From Anaerolineae bacterium (GTDB taxonomy: Bacteria > Chloroflexota > Anaerolineae > B4-G1 > SLSP01): a stretch of 39,981 nucleotides of DNA. A model generated the notes under the pieces. That model was not told where the DNA came from, made no database searches, and saw nothing but the letters and a program-made list of their open reading frames with translations. Where the stretch lies: the NCBI GenBank assembly GCA_018055515.1, contig JAGPHL010000002.1:1-39981 (forward strand), written 5' to 3'. Shown here piece by piece: positions 23,236 through 32,300 of this stretch (position 1 is the first letter of the stretch; each line of letters opens with the position of its first letter). The position numbers were made by a program, and so were the translations under genes.

Positions 23236-23952
23236 CTATCCCAGATCATCCGGAAGCGGCATCTCCACCCGCATGAAGCGCGGCCCGGCAGTAGCACCGG
23301 GGAGCACTTGCAGCACCGCCACGCTCGCGTCGTCCAGCGGACGTTGCTCCTCGAGCTCCAACGCCCGCGCCAACAGGCCGTCGGCGAGCGCCTGCGCCGC
23401 CGGGGAAACTTTCCACAGCGCGGCCAGCGTCGCCGCCACATCGAGCGCTTGCCCTTTACGGCTACCCGCGTGCAAGACCCCATCGGTGAACGCGCACAGC
23501 ATCCAATTGGGCTCCAGCGGCAGCGAATCCACCAGCGGACGCACGTGACGGTAAAAGCCCAGCGGCGGCGCGGTCCCTTCCAAACGGCGGAAGCCTCCCT
23601 CCGGCTCCCGAAGGTAGACTTCCGGGTTGCCGCAGCGAGTGACGACCAGCGAATGGCTTGCCAGGTCGGCCGAGAGAATGACGAGGGTCGCGGAGACTTT
23701 GCCGTCGCGCAGCGCATAGAGGACGTCGTTCGCGGCGCGAGCTGCCGCGCCATCGCGCACCCCCTCCGCCAGATCGGCGATGACCTTCCGCACAACCCAC
23801 ATGCTCACCTGTTTGGCGGCGCGCCCGGAGCTCTGCCCGTCTACCAGCACCACCGAAAGCCCGCCGCGGGGACGCTCGATCATCTCCAACGTATCGCCGC
23901 TCTGCTGCACGGCCCATTTGTTGATCTTCGCCGCCGCCGCCGAAAGATGCAT
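23236..23952 (-). CDS. Stand-alone PP2C/SpoIIE-family serine/threonine phosphatase
   Basis: GD..E (SGDTLEMIE), VVLVDGQSSG, AFTDGVLHAG and a C-terminal DDASVAVL match the metal-binding blocks of PPM phosphatases. Confidence 0.78.
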   Translation of the reverse strand: MHLSAAAAKINKWAVQQSGDTLEMIERPRGGLSVVLVDGQSSGRAAKQVSMWVVRKVIADLAEGVRDGAAARAANDVLYALRDGKVSATLVILSADLASHSLVVTRCGNPEVYLREPEGGFRRLEGTAPPLGFYRHVRPLVDSLPLEPNWMLCAFTDGVLHAGSRKGQALDVAATLAALWKVSPAAQALADGLLARALELEEQRPLDDASVAVLQVLPGATAGPRFMRVEMPLPDDLG

Positions 23953-24011
23953 CTCTCACCCCGCGCCCCGCACATGACAGGTGCCCGGTCAGCTTCTTTC
24001 CCCGACTGGAA

Positions 24012-24344
24012 TCAGGATTCCGAATCCAAATCTGAGTCCGAATCTGCCTCCGACTCCGGCTCTGGCGTCTCCTCCACAACAGCTGTCTCCGGCAAGGGAC
24101 GGGCAATGGCGTTCAACAGGATGTTCGCCTCCATCCCTTCAGCGAGCTTAATGCGCGCCATGTTGTGTTCCCGGTCAATGGAGGTCAGCTGTCCGATAAA
24201 ACCGCCGATGGTCAAAACACGCTGTCCCACCTCCAGCGTCGCCATCTTTTGCGTTTCTTTACGGCGCGCCAGCCATTGAGGCAAGAAAAGAAACAACACC
24301 GCCGCCACGATGAGGATCAGCCAGATTGTCGTATCACCATTCAT
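24012..24344 (-). CDS. yajC: Preprotein translocase subunit YajC with an acidic C-terminal tail
   Basis: An N-terminal TM is followed by L.VGQRVLTIGGFIGQLTSI......IKLAEG. The ATG at 24344 follows GAAGGAGC. Confidence 0.87.
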   Translation of the reverse strand: MNGDTTIWLILIVAAVLFLFLPQWLARRKETQKMATLEVGQRVLTIGGFIGQLTSIDREHNMARIKLAEGMEANILLNAIARPLPETAVVEETPEPESEADSDSDLDSES

Positions 24345-24543
24345 GCTTTTTGCTCCTTCACAGAAAAATTGAGTGTGCCAGACGCGACGCAAAGAATCCC
24401 CGCCGGCCCGCTACACCCTGTTCACACGACACGTGATACACCGGCGCGCTTCTAAAAATGGCTCCAGCGTCGCCAGATGCTTTGATTATACCCGCTCTGA
24501 GACGGAAAACAAGAACGTGGGGAAGGACGTGCCTTCAGGCCAT

Positions 24544-24571
24544 TTGCCAGCTGGCCTAAGCCGGCTACAAT
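24544..24571 (+). promoter_or_regulatory. Candidate promoter (TTGCCA-16-TACAAT) for the Wzz-like gene
   Basis: TTGCCAgctggcctaagccggcTACAAT lies about 70 nt upstream of the start. Confidence 0.5.
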
Positions 24572-24639
24572 CATAGCCAGGGACGGGCAAACAGGACAGG
24601 TCCCCTCCCCTTAATTCACGTCCCGCAAGGATGGCGATT

Positions 24640-25329
24640 ATGGAATTACGATCGTACTTCAAATATCTGTTGCGGCGCTGGTGGCTGGCAGCTCTGCCGG
24701 TGCTTGTCGTCGCCGCGTATGTGGCGCTGACCTTTCACCCGGCGTCCCCGACTTATCAAGTGGTGATGCGCTTTGCTACGGGGACGGAGCCGGCCGACCT
24801 CTCGGTTGATTACGATCGCTACTACCCCTGGCTCACCTCCGAGTATATCGCCAACGCGCTGGCAGACGTCGCAGTGACCCAGGGTTTCGCTCAGGCAGTG
24901 TCGGAGCGGCTCACTGCGCAGAATCTCCAGGTAGCGGCGGGCGCGCTGCAAGCCAACATCGCCAGCGATAACGTCCAATCGGTCTTCATCATCTATTTCA
25001 ACTGGCCTGATCCCGCACAATGCGTGCAGATCGCCGAGGCCATCAGCGCGGAGCTGACCGAAAACGCCGCCGCGTATTTTCCCCAGCTCGACGGCGTCGG
25101 CACGCCGGCCCGACGCCTCGACGCGCCCTATCCCGCCCTCATGGCGCCCTCATTGCGCTCACGCCTGCTCGGACCGGGGCTGAAACTGCTCCTCGCGGTC
25201 GTGGCCGGATTGGCACTGGTACTGCTGAGCTACTATCTTGATCCCTACATCTACAACAGCGAGGATGTGGAGACGGCGGGGGTGAAAATCCTCGGCGCCG
25301 TGCCGGGAGCAAAACGCGCGCTCCACTAG
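24640..25329 (+). CDS. Wzz/chain-length-determinant-like protein (two TM, no kinase domain)
   Basis: The MELRSYFKYLLRRWW N-terminus followed by a TM is typical of Wzz/CpsC-type proteins. A second TM lies near the C-terminus. An alternative ATG lies at 24631. Confidence 0.68.
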   Translation: MELRSYFKYLLRRWWLAALPVLVVAAYVALTFHPASPTYQVVMRFATGTEPADLSVDYDRYYPWLTSEYIANALADVAVTQGFAQAVSERLTAQNLQVAAGALQANIASDNVQSVFIIYFNWPDPAQCVQIAEAISAELTENAAAYFPQLDGVGTPARRLDAPYPALMAPSLRSRLLGPGLKLLLAVVAGLALVLLSYYLDPYIYNSEDVETAGVKILGAVPGAKRALH

Positions 25330-25381
25330 TACTTTGGTGTTTGACAAAATACTGGCGCGGCCGTCAGCAGCCTGCACGACA

Positions 25382-25417
25382 ACAAACGACCGACCCTCTC
25401 ACAGGTCGGTCGTTTGT
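25382..25417. terminator. Perfect 14-bp hairpin between the convergent Wzz-like and glutaredoxin-like genes
   Basis: ACAAACGACCGACC-ctctcaca-GGTCGGTCGTTTGT. Confidence 0.7.
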
Positions 25418-25431
25418 CATCTCAGAGCCAT

Positions 25432-25737
25432 CTAGGCGGCGAGCGCCGGGCCCTCGTCGTCCGCCGCGTCGCTGCGTTGGTTCAACCCCAACAGGCGGTC
25501 AATCCTGGCGCGATTAAAGCCGACGACCATACGTCCGTCAATTTCCAATTGCGGCACCCCCTGTTCGCCGGTGCGCCGGACCATATCGCGCGCAGCCGCG
25601 GCATCGCGGGAGACGTCCACTTCCACGTAGCGGATGCCGTGCTGCTCCAGGTAGCGCTTCGCCGCGCGGCAGTGCGGACACGTCGGCGTCGAAAACACAA
25701 TGACCCGATGATGCTTCTTCTCAGATTTGGGACTCAT
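25432..25737 (-). CDS. Glutaredoxin-like protein (YruB/NrdH-like, CPHC active site)
   Basis: VIVFSTPTCPHCRAAKRYL......Y.EVDV......A..MV..TG..GVPQL.I.G..VVGF. Divergent from nrdR-nrdJ. Confidence 0.88.
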   Translation of the reverse strand: MSPKSEKKHHRVIVFSTPTCPHCRAAKRYLEQHGIRYVEVDVSRDAAAARDMVRRTGEQGVPQLEIDGRMVVGFNRARIDRLLGLNQRSDAADDEGPALAA

Positions 25738-25766
25738 CTTATCACCTCCGTCAGTTTAGTAGCTTT

Positions 25767-25794
25767 ATCATACTCATATCTGATTTTTTGTCAA
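25767..25794 (-). promoter_or_regulatory. Candidate promoter for the glutaredoxin-like gene (TTGACA-16-TATGAT on the minus strand)
   Basis: The reverse complement reads TTGACAaaaaatcagatatgagTATGAT. Confidence 0.55.
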
Positions 25795-25831
25795 CTGCTC
25801 CCGGCGTCACAAGTGGTATCATCCGCTCAAT

Positions 25832-25847
25832 TGCAATCATGATTGCA
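25832..25847. promoter_or_regulatory. Perfect 16-bp palindrome TGCAATCATGATTGCA (candidate operator)
   Basis: Read directly. It sits in the divergent grx / nrdR control region, just upstream of the grx -35. Confidence 0.4.
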
Positions 25848-25901
25848 GTATGCGGATAGCTTGACCACAGAAAGACGGCCCCGACGAACGGCGAAATGAC
25901 C

Positions 25902-25929
25902 TTGCCAGAAAACGCCTCTGTGCTATAAT
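25902..25929 (+). promoter_or_regulatory. Candidate promoter for nrdR (TTGCCA-16-TATAAT with an extended TG)
   Basis: TTGCCAgaaaacgcctctgTGcTATAAT. Confidence 0.65.
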
Positions 25930-25935
25930 GAATTT

Positions 25936-25982
25936 ATCCAATAGATAGTGAGCGCATCACCACATACCCCTAAATCTAGGGG
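25936..25982 (+). promoter_or_regulatory. Two candidate NrdR boxes with centres 31 bp apart
   Basis: ATCCAATAGATAGTGA (25936-25951) matches 12/16 to acaCwAtATaTwGtgt as I recall that consensus. CCCCTAAATCTAGGGG (25967-25982) is a near-perfect palindrome and matches 10/16. Both lie just downstream of the -10. Confidence 0.5.
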
Positions 25983-26003
25983 TTACATTTTGGGAGCCCA
26001 GGC

Positions 26004-26459
26004 ATGAAATGTCCCTACTGTCATTCGCTTTCGACCAAAGTCGTTGACACACGACAAGACCCGCAAGGAAATATACGGCGACGACGTGAATGCCTGGAAT
26101 GCGAGCGGCGCTTTTCCACCGTCGAGCGCCCCATCCTCTTGAACCCCCTCGTCGTGAAGCGTGATGGACGCCGCGAAGAATTCGACCGGGAGAAAATCCT
26201 TTCGGGCCTGCGCATTGCCTGCGCCCGTCGTCCCATCTCCGCCGAGCGATTGGAAAGCCTGATTGACCACGTAGAATATGCCATCCGCCAGATCGGGCGA
26301 GCAGAAGTCTCCAGCCAAACCATCGGGGACATGGTCATTGATGAACTGCGCCAGATTGACGAAGTCGCCTACATTCGCTACGCCATCGTTTACCTGGGAC
26401 TGAGCGATTTGGAAGCCATCCGGCGCGAGATTGACACGTTGCGCACCCAGCGCGATTGA
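26004..26459 (+). CDS. nrdR: Transcriptional repressor NrdR (Zn ribbon plus ATP-cone)
   Basis: MKCPYCHSLSTKVVDTRQ...RRRRECLECERRFSTVER, followed by an ATP-cone. Confidence 0.95.
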   Translation: MKCPYCHSLSTKVVDTRQDPQGNIRRRRECLECERRFSTVERPILLNPLVVKRDGRREEFDREKILSGLRIACARRPISAERLESLIDHVEYAIRQIGRAEVSSQTIGDMVIDELRQIDEVAYIRYAIVYLGLSDLEAIRREIDTLRTQRD

Positions 26460-26573
26460 ACCCACTCTGATTACGTTACCCCCTCTCGGAAGAGAACCTC
26501 TCACCAGCCTTTCCCAAGGGAGATAATTTTGCGCCCGGCGTATGCCCAGGATGGGCTGGCCACAGCCGATCCA

Positions 26574-26602
26574 GGCGTCAACACCCGATAGATGTTGACG
26601 CC
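26574..26602. promoter_or_regulatory. 9-bp inverted repeat GGCGTCAAC-N11-GTTGACGCC just upstream of nrdJ
   Basis: Read directly. The loop/right arm CCGATAGATGTTGA resembles NrdR box 1 (CCAATAGATAGTGA). Confidence 0.4.
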
Positions 26603-26633
26603 TGCCCAAAATACGTGTTTGCAGGAGGAAATC

Positions 26634-29165
26634 ATGAAGAGCACAACCGAGGCAGCGCTCTCCGACGCCGCGATCGAGGCGCAATTCTCAGAAAATGCGT
26701 TGGAGGTGCTGCGGCGCCGTTATCTACGGCGCAATGAGCGCGGTGAGCCAGCGGAGACGGTCGCCGGCATGTTCCACCGTGTCGCCCATCACATCGCGGC
26801 CGCCGAAAACGACGCCGGCACCGCGGCAGAAGCGGAAGCACGCTTTTTCGCCATGCTGGCCCAGCTGCGATTCGTGCCCAACTCGCCGACCTTCACCGGC
26901 GCCGGCACGCCTCTGGGACAACTGGCGGCCTGTTTCGTCCTGCCCATCGAGGACGACATGGGCAAAGAACCGGGAGGGATTTTCCAGACCCTGCGCGACG
27001 CGGCGCTGATCCAACAGACCGGCGGCGGCAACGGCTTCTCCTTTTCCCGCCTGCGTCCCAAGGCCGCGCTGGTATTTTCCAGCATGGGGAAAGCGACGGG
27101 GCCCGTGGGCTTCCTGCGGGTCTACGACCGCGCGTTCGGGGAGATCGCGCAAGGCGGATCTCGGCGCGGCGCCAACATGAGCGTGCTGCGCGTAGATCAC
27201 CCCGACATCGAGGCTTTCGTCACCTGCAAGACCAGCGAGGACGCCATCACCAACTTCAACATCTCCGTGGGCATTCTCGACGCCTTCATGGAAGCCGTGG
27301 AGGCCGATGGCGCATGGACGCTGCGCTTTCCTGACATCGAAAGCCCGCTCTACCGTAAATTTCACGGCACGCTAGAACAGGCCGAAGCAGCCGGCATCGG
27401 GATCAAGGCTTATCGCACGGTGCGCGCCCGCGAGCTCTTCTCCAAAATCGTCCGCCAGGCATGGCAGAACGGCGAGCCGGGGATGTTGTTCCTCGACGCC
27501 GCGCAGCGCGACAACCCCGTGCCGCACCTTGGGCGTTATGAATGCACAAATCCGTGCGGAGAACAATTTTTATTGCCGTACGAGAACTGTTGCCTGGGAT
27601 CTGTCAACCTGGCGCGGCTGCTGGGCCACGATGCAGAAGGTCAGCCCGCCTTCGATTGGGAAGGGTTGGCGGAGACGGTCCACGACGCCACCCGCTTCCT
27701 GGACGACGTGATCTCCGTCAATGCGTTTGTGCCGGCGGTTCCCCAATTGCGCGAGGCGGCGTATCGCACCCGGCGCATCGGATTGGGGATCATGGGTCTG
27801 GCGGACGTCTTGATTCACCTGCGGATCCCCTACGGCAGCGAGGCCGCGCAGGATTTCGCGGCGCAGCTGATGGAATTCGTCCGCTATCACGCCATGCAGG
27901 CCAGCATCGAGCTGGCGCAGCAGCGCGGAGCCTTCCCCGCCATCGAGGGCAGCGTCTACGATCCCCACGCGCTGACCTGGCAGCCGCCTCACTGGCCCAT
28001 CGGGCTGAACGGCGGCCCGCGCTACGATTGGGGCCGTCCGCCCCTGGCGTGGGAAAGCATCGTGGCGGGAATTCGCGCGCACGGAATTCGCAACGCCGCC
28101 CAGCTCACCATCGCGCCGACGGGCACCATCGCCACCGTCTCCGGTGTGGAGGGCTACGGTTGCGAGCCCATCTTCGCGCTCGCCTACACCCGCTACGTGC
28201 AGGACGAGGGCCAGACGCTGCCCCTGCGCTACTTCAGCCCGGCGTTTGTCAAAGCCCTCGAAGAAGCACACATTGACGCGGAGACCCGCGAGCGCATCTT
28301 CCAGAAAGTGGCGCCGACCGGCAGCTGCCAGGGCGTAGAGGAAGTCCCCGAGGCACTGCAGCGGGTTTTCGTGGTCGCCAGCGACATTCCGGCGGAAGGA
28401 CACATTCGCATGCAGGCGGCGTTGCAGGCTTTCACCGACGCCAGCATCAGCAAGACGATCAATTTCCCCGCCACCGCGACCGAAGAGGACGTCGCCACGG
28501 CGTTCCGGCTGGCCTGGCACCTGGGCTGCAAGGGCCTGACCGTCTACGTCGCCGGGTCGCGCGAGAAGGTGGTACTGGAGACGGAGGCCACGCGCCAGCA
28601 GAAAACGTCCCCACCCTGGCAAGCGCCCCACATCCGACCACGTCCGCAGCGGCTCAATGGGCGCACCTATCGCGTCCCCACGCCGGTAGGCACCGCCTTC
28701 ATCACCGTGAACATGAACGGCAACGCGCAACCCTTCGAGGTCTTCCTCAATGTCGGCAAGGCGGGTTCGGAAACGGCGGCGGTCGCCGAAGCCATCGGCC
28801 GGCTCATCTCGTTGAACCTGCGACTGCCCTCGCCGCTGGAGCCACGGCGCCGGTTGGAGGAGATCGTGGCCCAACTGGGCGGCATCGGCGGCGGCAGACC
28901 GCTGGGCTTCGGACATCAGCGCGTGCTGAGCCTGCCCGACGGCGTCGCCCAGGCGCTGAACGATTACCTCAACGAGATGGAGGAGCATGATGACGCCGTC
29001 CTGCACGCAGACGAGCCGGAAAGCGCCGCGGCGCCGCTATCCGCGCCGTCCCCCACGGCGTCCCCCATGCAGGTGGGCGATCTGTGCCCCAGCTGCGGAC
29101 AGGCAACCATGGTCTACACCGAAGGCTGCCGACGCTGCTACGTCTGCGGGCACAGCGAGTGTTGA
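26634..29165 (+). CDS. nrdJ: Adenosylcobalamin-dependent (class II) ribonucleotide reductase
   Basis: The ATG at 26634 follows GCAGGAGGAA. TNPCGEQ.LLPYE.C.LGS.NL is the active-site Cys region. ISKTINFP is present, as is a C-terminal CxxC...CxxC Zn ribbon (CPSCGQ...[12 protein letters not shown]). Confidence 0.93.
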   Translation: MKSTTEAALSDAAIEAQFSENALEVLRRRYLRRNERGEPAETVAGMFHRVAHHIAAAENDAGTAAEAEARFFAMLAQLRFVPNSPTFTGAGTPLGQLAACFVLPIEDDMGKEPGGIFQTLRDAALIQQTGGGNGFSFSRLRPKAALVFSSMGKATGPVGFLRVYDRAFGEIAQGGSRRGANMSVLRVDHPDIEAFVTCKTSEDAITNFNISVGILDAFMEAVEADGAWTLRFPDIESPLYRKFHGTLEQAEAAGIGIKAYRTVRARELFSKIVRQAWQNGEPGMLFLDAAQRDNPVPHLGRYECTNPCGEQFLLPYENCCLGSVNLARLLGHDAEGQPAFDWEGLAETVHDATRFLDDVISVNAFVPAVPQLREAAYRTRRIGLGIMGLADVLIHLRIPYGSEAAQDFAAQLMEFVRYHAMQASIELAQQRGAFPAIEGSVYDPHALTWQPPHWPIGLNGGPRYDWGRPPLAWESIVAGIRAHGIRNAAQLTIAPTGTIATVSGVEGYGCEPIFALAYTRYVQDEGQTLPLRYFSPAFVKALEEAHIDAETRERIFQKVAPTGSCQGVEEVPEALQRVFVVASDIPAEGHIRMQAALQAFTDASISKTINFPATATEEDVATAFRLAWHLGCKGLTVYVAGSREKVVLETEATRQQKTSPPWQAPHIRPRPQRLNGRTYRVPTPVGTAFITVNMNGNAQPFEVFLNVGKAGSETAAVAEAIGRLISLNLRLPSPLEPRRRLEEIVAQLGGIGGGRPLGFGHQRVLSLPDGVAQALNDYLNEMEEHDDAVLHADEPESAAAPLSAPSPTASPMQVGDLCPSCGQATMVYTEGCRRCYVCGHSEC

Positions 29166-29201
29166 TCCGCTGCGACCTGCAGCTTTTGCCCTTCCCCCTG
29201 C

Positions 29202-29237
29202 CCCCTCCCCAACGGCGCATACCCCGTTGGGGAGGGG
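29202..29237. other. Perfect 14-bp hairpin (CCCCTCCCCAACGG / CCGTTGGGGAGGGG) after nrdJ
   Basis: Read directly. No T-tract follows on the plus strand, so its terminator function is uncertain. Confidence 0.45.
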
Positions 29238-29288
29238 AGAAAAAATATAGGGGTTTTGCAGGCGGGCTACGTCCGCCTGCAAAACCCC
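29238..29288 (-). terminator. Intrinsic terminator of the S8 protease gene
   Basis: 16-bp stem GGGGTTTTGCAGGCGG / CCGCCTGCAAAACCCC. On the minus strand it is followed by TATATTTTTTCTCC. Confidence 0.6.
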
Positions 29289-29344
29289 ACAAAAACCGAT
29301 CTCAATTTTCCGAGAAGGTCTTCTGAGGCCCGCCAGGGCCATTT

Positions 29345-32300
29345 TTACGGCAGGGACAGCACCAACGGCAGGTAGATCAAGCGCAGCTCGCGTACCGTGA
29401 ACGTCCATGGCGCTTGCTCCGGGCTGACGCCGCCCCACACGTCATAGGCTGTCACCGTCCAGGTGTAGACGCCCTCCGCCAACACTGAAGGGGTATACGC
29501 CGTCGCCGCGCCCACGTCGTGCACCGCACCCGCCAGGGTGACGCGATAGCCCGCCGCCTCCGTCACCGGCTGCCATAACAGCGTCGGCGTCGTGTCAGTG
29601 ATGATCGCTCCATCTGCCGGGCTGAGCCGCTGCGGGGCAGGCAGTACGTCGCGCACAGTCAGAGCCGCGGGAAGCGTCGCCGACACGCAATCACCGTTAA
29701 AGAGAGTCGCCGTGTAGCTGCCCGCCGCGAGACCCGCCGGCAGGATCCCCGTCACCGACGTCGAGCTCACCAGCGTGACCGAAAGCAGCCACGTCGCGCC
29801 CACCCGCACGGCAGGCAAACCCGCAAAGCGTTCGCCTGTCAACGTCAACAACGTCGGCATATTGCCCACCACAGAGGCCGGCGTGAGAGTTGCAATCCCC
29901 GGCGCCGGATGGGGAGGGAGCAGGCTCGTGAGCTGCACATCGTCAACGTACCAGCCAGAAGCGCCGATGCTGCTATCACACCCGATGCGCCAGCGGATCT
30001 GCACGGCGTTCCCGGCGTAGGCGCTCAAATCCACCACGACTTCACTCCACGCGCTCAGCGCGCCCGTCCAGCCAGAACGCCCCGCCAATGGATTGGAAGT
30101 CCCCGACTGAATGAGGCCATTGTAGCCATGGGACGTCATGTGCGAGCCCAAATCGGCCCACGTCGCCCCGTCATCGGTAGAAATCTCCAGCACCGCGCCA
30201 TCCCAGGCAAAAGAACCGCTGCCCTCAAACTCATAGCGGTGCCAGAAACGCAACGTGCTCCCCGCGCCTACCGGCACCGCAACGACGTTCCACAAGCGGC
30301 TGTCGGTCGTGGCCGGCGCATCGGGGATGAACCAGGCGTGGACCGGGCTGTGCGATTCCGCTGACGAGAGCGTCCAAGAAGCCTCACCGGTGACAGTCTG
30401 CCAGGACCACTTCCCGTCGCCGGATTCCAGATCGTCGGCAAGGCCCACTCCCAGCGCGGCAGTCGCAAAATGGAAGGGTTCAGCCCAGGCCCCATGGCCA
30501 CAGGCATTGTCGCCCTGCGCGCGCCACCAGTAACACACACCGCTCTCCAACGTCGCCGGGGCCGAATAGGTAGCCGTGCTCACCCGCGTATCCACGAGCG
30601 GCGCGATAAACGTCGGGGTACGATCCACCTGCACGCGATAGCCGGTCGCCAGCGGCTGCGCCTTCCAGGCGAGAGACAGGGCATCGAAGGGTTGAGCGGT
30701 CGCCCCGGCGGGGGGAGTCAACAACGTCGGCGTCTCAGGCACGCAGGTATTGATCCACAACGCCAGCTCCGCCGTGTGCACATGCGTGCCCTCCGCCGTC
30801 GCGGAGATGACGAGGGGATAACGCCCGGCAAGCGCTTCAGGCCCCGCTGCCAGCGTGAGGAGCACCTCCGCCGGCGGCAACACCACCGCCGACGAGAAGG
30901 TCGCCGTCACCCCCAACGGGGCTTGCAACGCGAGAGCGACCTCTTCCGCGTACCCCGCCAACTGCCCCACCGCGACGGTCGCCGTCACCACGCCCGGGGC
31001 GCAGACCGCCGCCGCTGACGGTTCGACCGTCAACGTGAAATCGGGCTCCCGCAGGCAGTTGTAGCAAACGAAGGCAAAATCCTGATCGGTCGTGTCGCCG
31101 ACATGGGGGACGCCGTCGCCGGCGATATTGGCCGCGAGCACGCGGACGGTAAAACGCTCCGGCGCTGTCGGGCCGAGGAAAACGCCCTCGGTGTTGTTCC
31201 TTCCATCCGCCGCGCCGCCTGGCTGCGACCAACCGCTGGCAGCGAAGGCATTCCCACGGTAGGTGTTGCCGTCCGCGAGCACTTCCAGGTTCAGGTCGTT
31301 TACCCAGGCGGGGGTGCTGCCGCCCAGTCCGTGGCCGGGGGCATCGGTCCACACCAGCATCATGCGCACCGGCTGCGTGGGATCCGCGGCGCGCAACGGC
31401 TGTTCCCACAGCTCCCCCGTCGCCTCGAGGATCCGGGGAGCATCGAAATACAGCACCGGCAAGGCCGGATCCACAACGGCTTCGAGGTCCAACCGTCCCC
31501 ACCCCTGCTTGCTGTCGAAGGGATGCCCCAAGATACCGCCGTCGGCGTCATGAAAACCCGCGAGATCGTGCGCCGCCGGCAGGAATGCCGCCTTCACCAG
31601 CGCGGGGCTGGGATCCACGCCGGTCAGGCCGCGATAGTATTGGATGAAGAGCGCTGCGGCGCCGCTCACCTGCGGCGAGGCCATGCTCGTGCCGCACATC
31701 GTGCCGTAGGAATCCGTGGGCAGGGTCGAATCCACGTAACACCCCGGAGCGACCAGGTGCGGGATGTTGCGCCCATCCAGGGCGGGACCGTGCGCCGAAT
31801 TGGCCGAGATGTCGTTGATGGCCAGGATCTGCGAGCCGGTGCTGGTCTGCATCCTGGTCGAGCCGACGGTGAAAATGTTCTTGGCCTCATCGGGGCTGCC
31901 CTGCGAGCTCACGCCGCCGTTGCCATTCATGATGGAGAGCACGTAGGTAAGCGACTGATTGCCCGCGTGCGTCAGATCGGCGTCACGGACGCCCACATCC
32001 ACTTTGCGCGTGTCCGCATCGTAACCCTGGGGCGTGCCCGCCAGCCCCCAGCTGTTGCCGGAGATCAGCGCGCCGTTGGCGACGGAATCCTGCATCAAGG
32101 CGGTGAGATCGTAGGTGCTGTAAAGCTGCTCCACGAGCCGGGCACCGGGCGCGACACCGAGTCCCCGCAGAAAGCCGCGGCTATCCACGACGCCCGAACT
32201 TCCGTCCGCCGCCATGATGCCGGCGGTGTGCGTGCCGTGTGCGCTGGAGATGGCCGCGCCACAGGTCACGCCGGCACAGGGAGCCATCCGGTGCACCAGG

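Noticed and set aside
26460-26633. A cobalamin riboswitch upstream of the B12-dependent nrdJ (GCCACAG and AAGGGAG segments caught my eye).
   Set aside because: The conserved cobalamin core elements as I recall them (GGUGAAA-type junction, B12 box AGYCMGGAGACCKGCC) are absent. B12 riboswitches typically control B12-independent isozymes or transport and biosynthesis genes, not class II RNR.
26634-29165. An intein within NrdJ (and within RtcB, 20367-21818), since both are frequent intein hosts.
   Set aside because: The catalytic-block order is continuous and the lengths are normal. No Cys/Ser-initiated insertion ending in HN followed by a Cys/Ser/Thr was seen.
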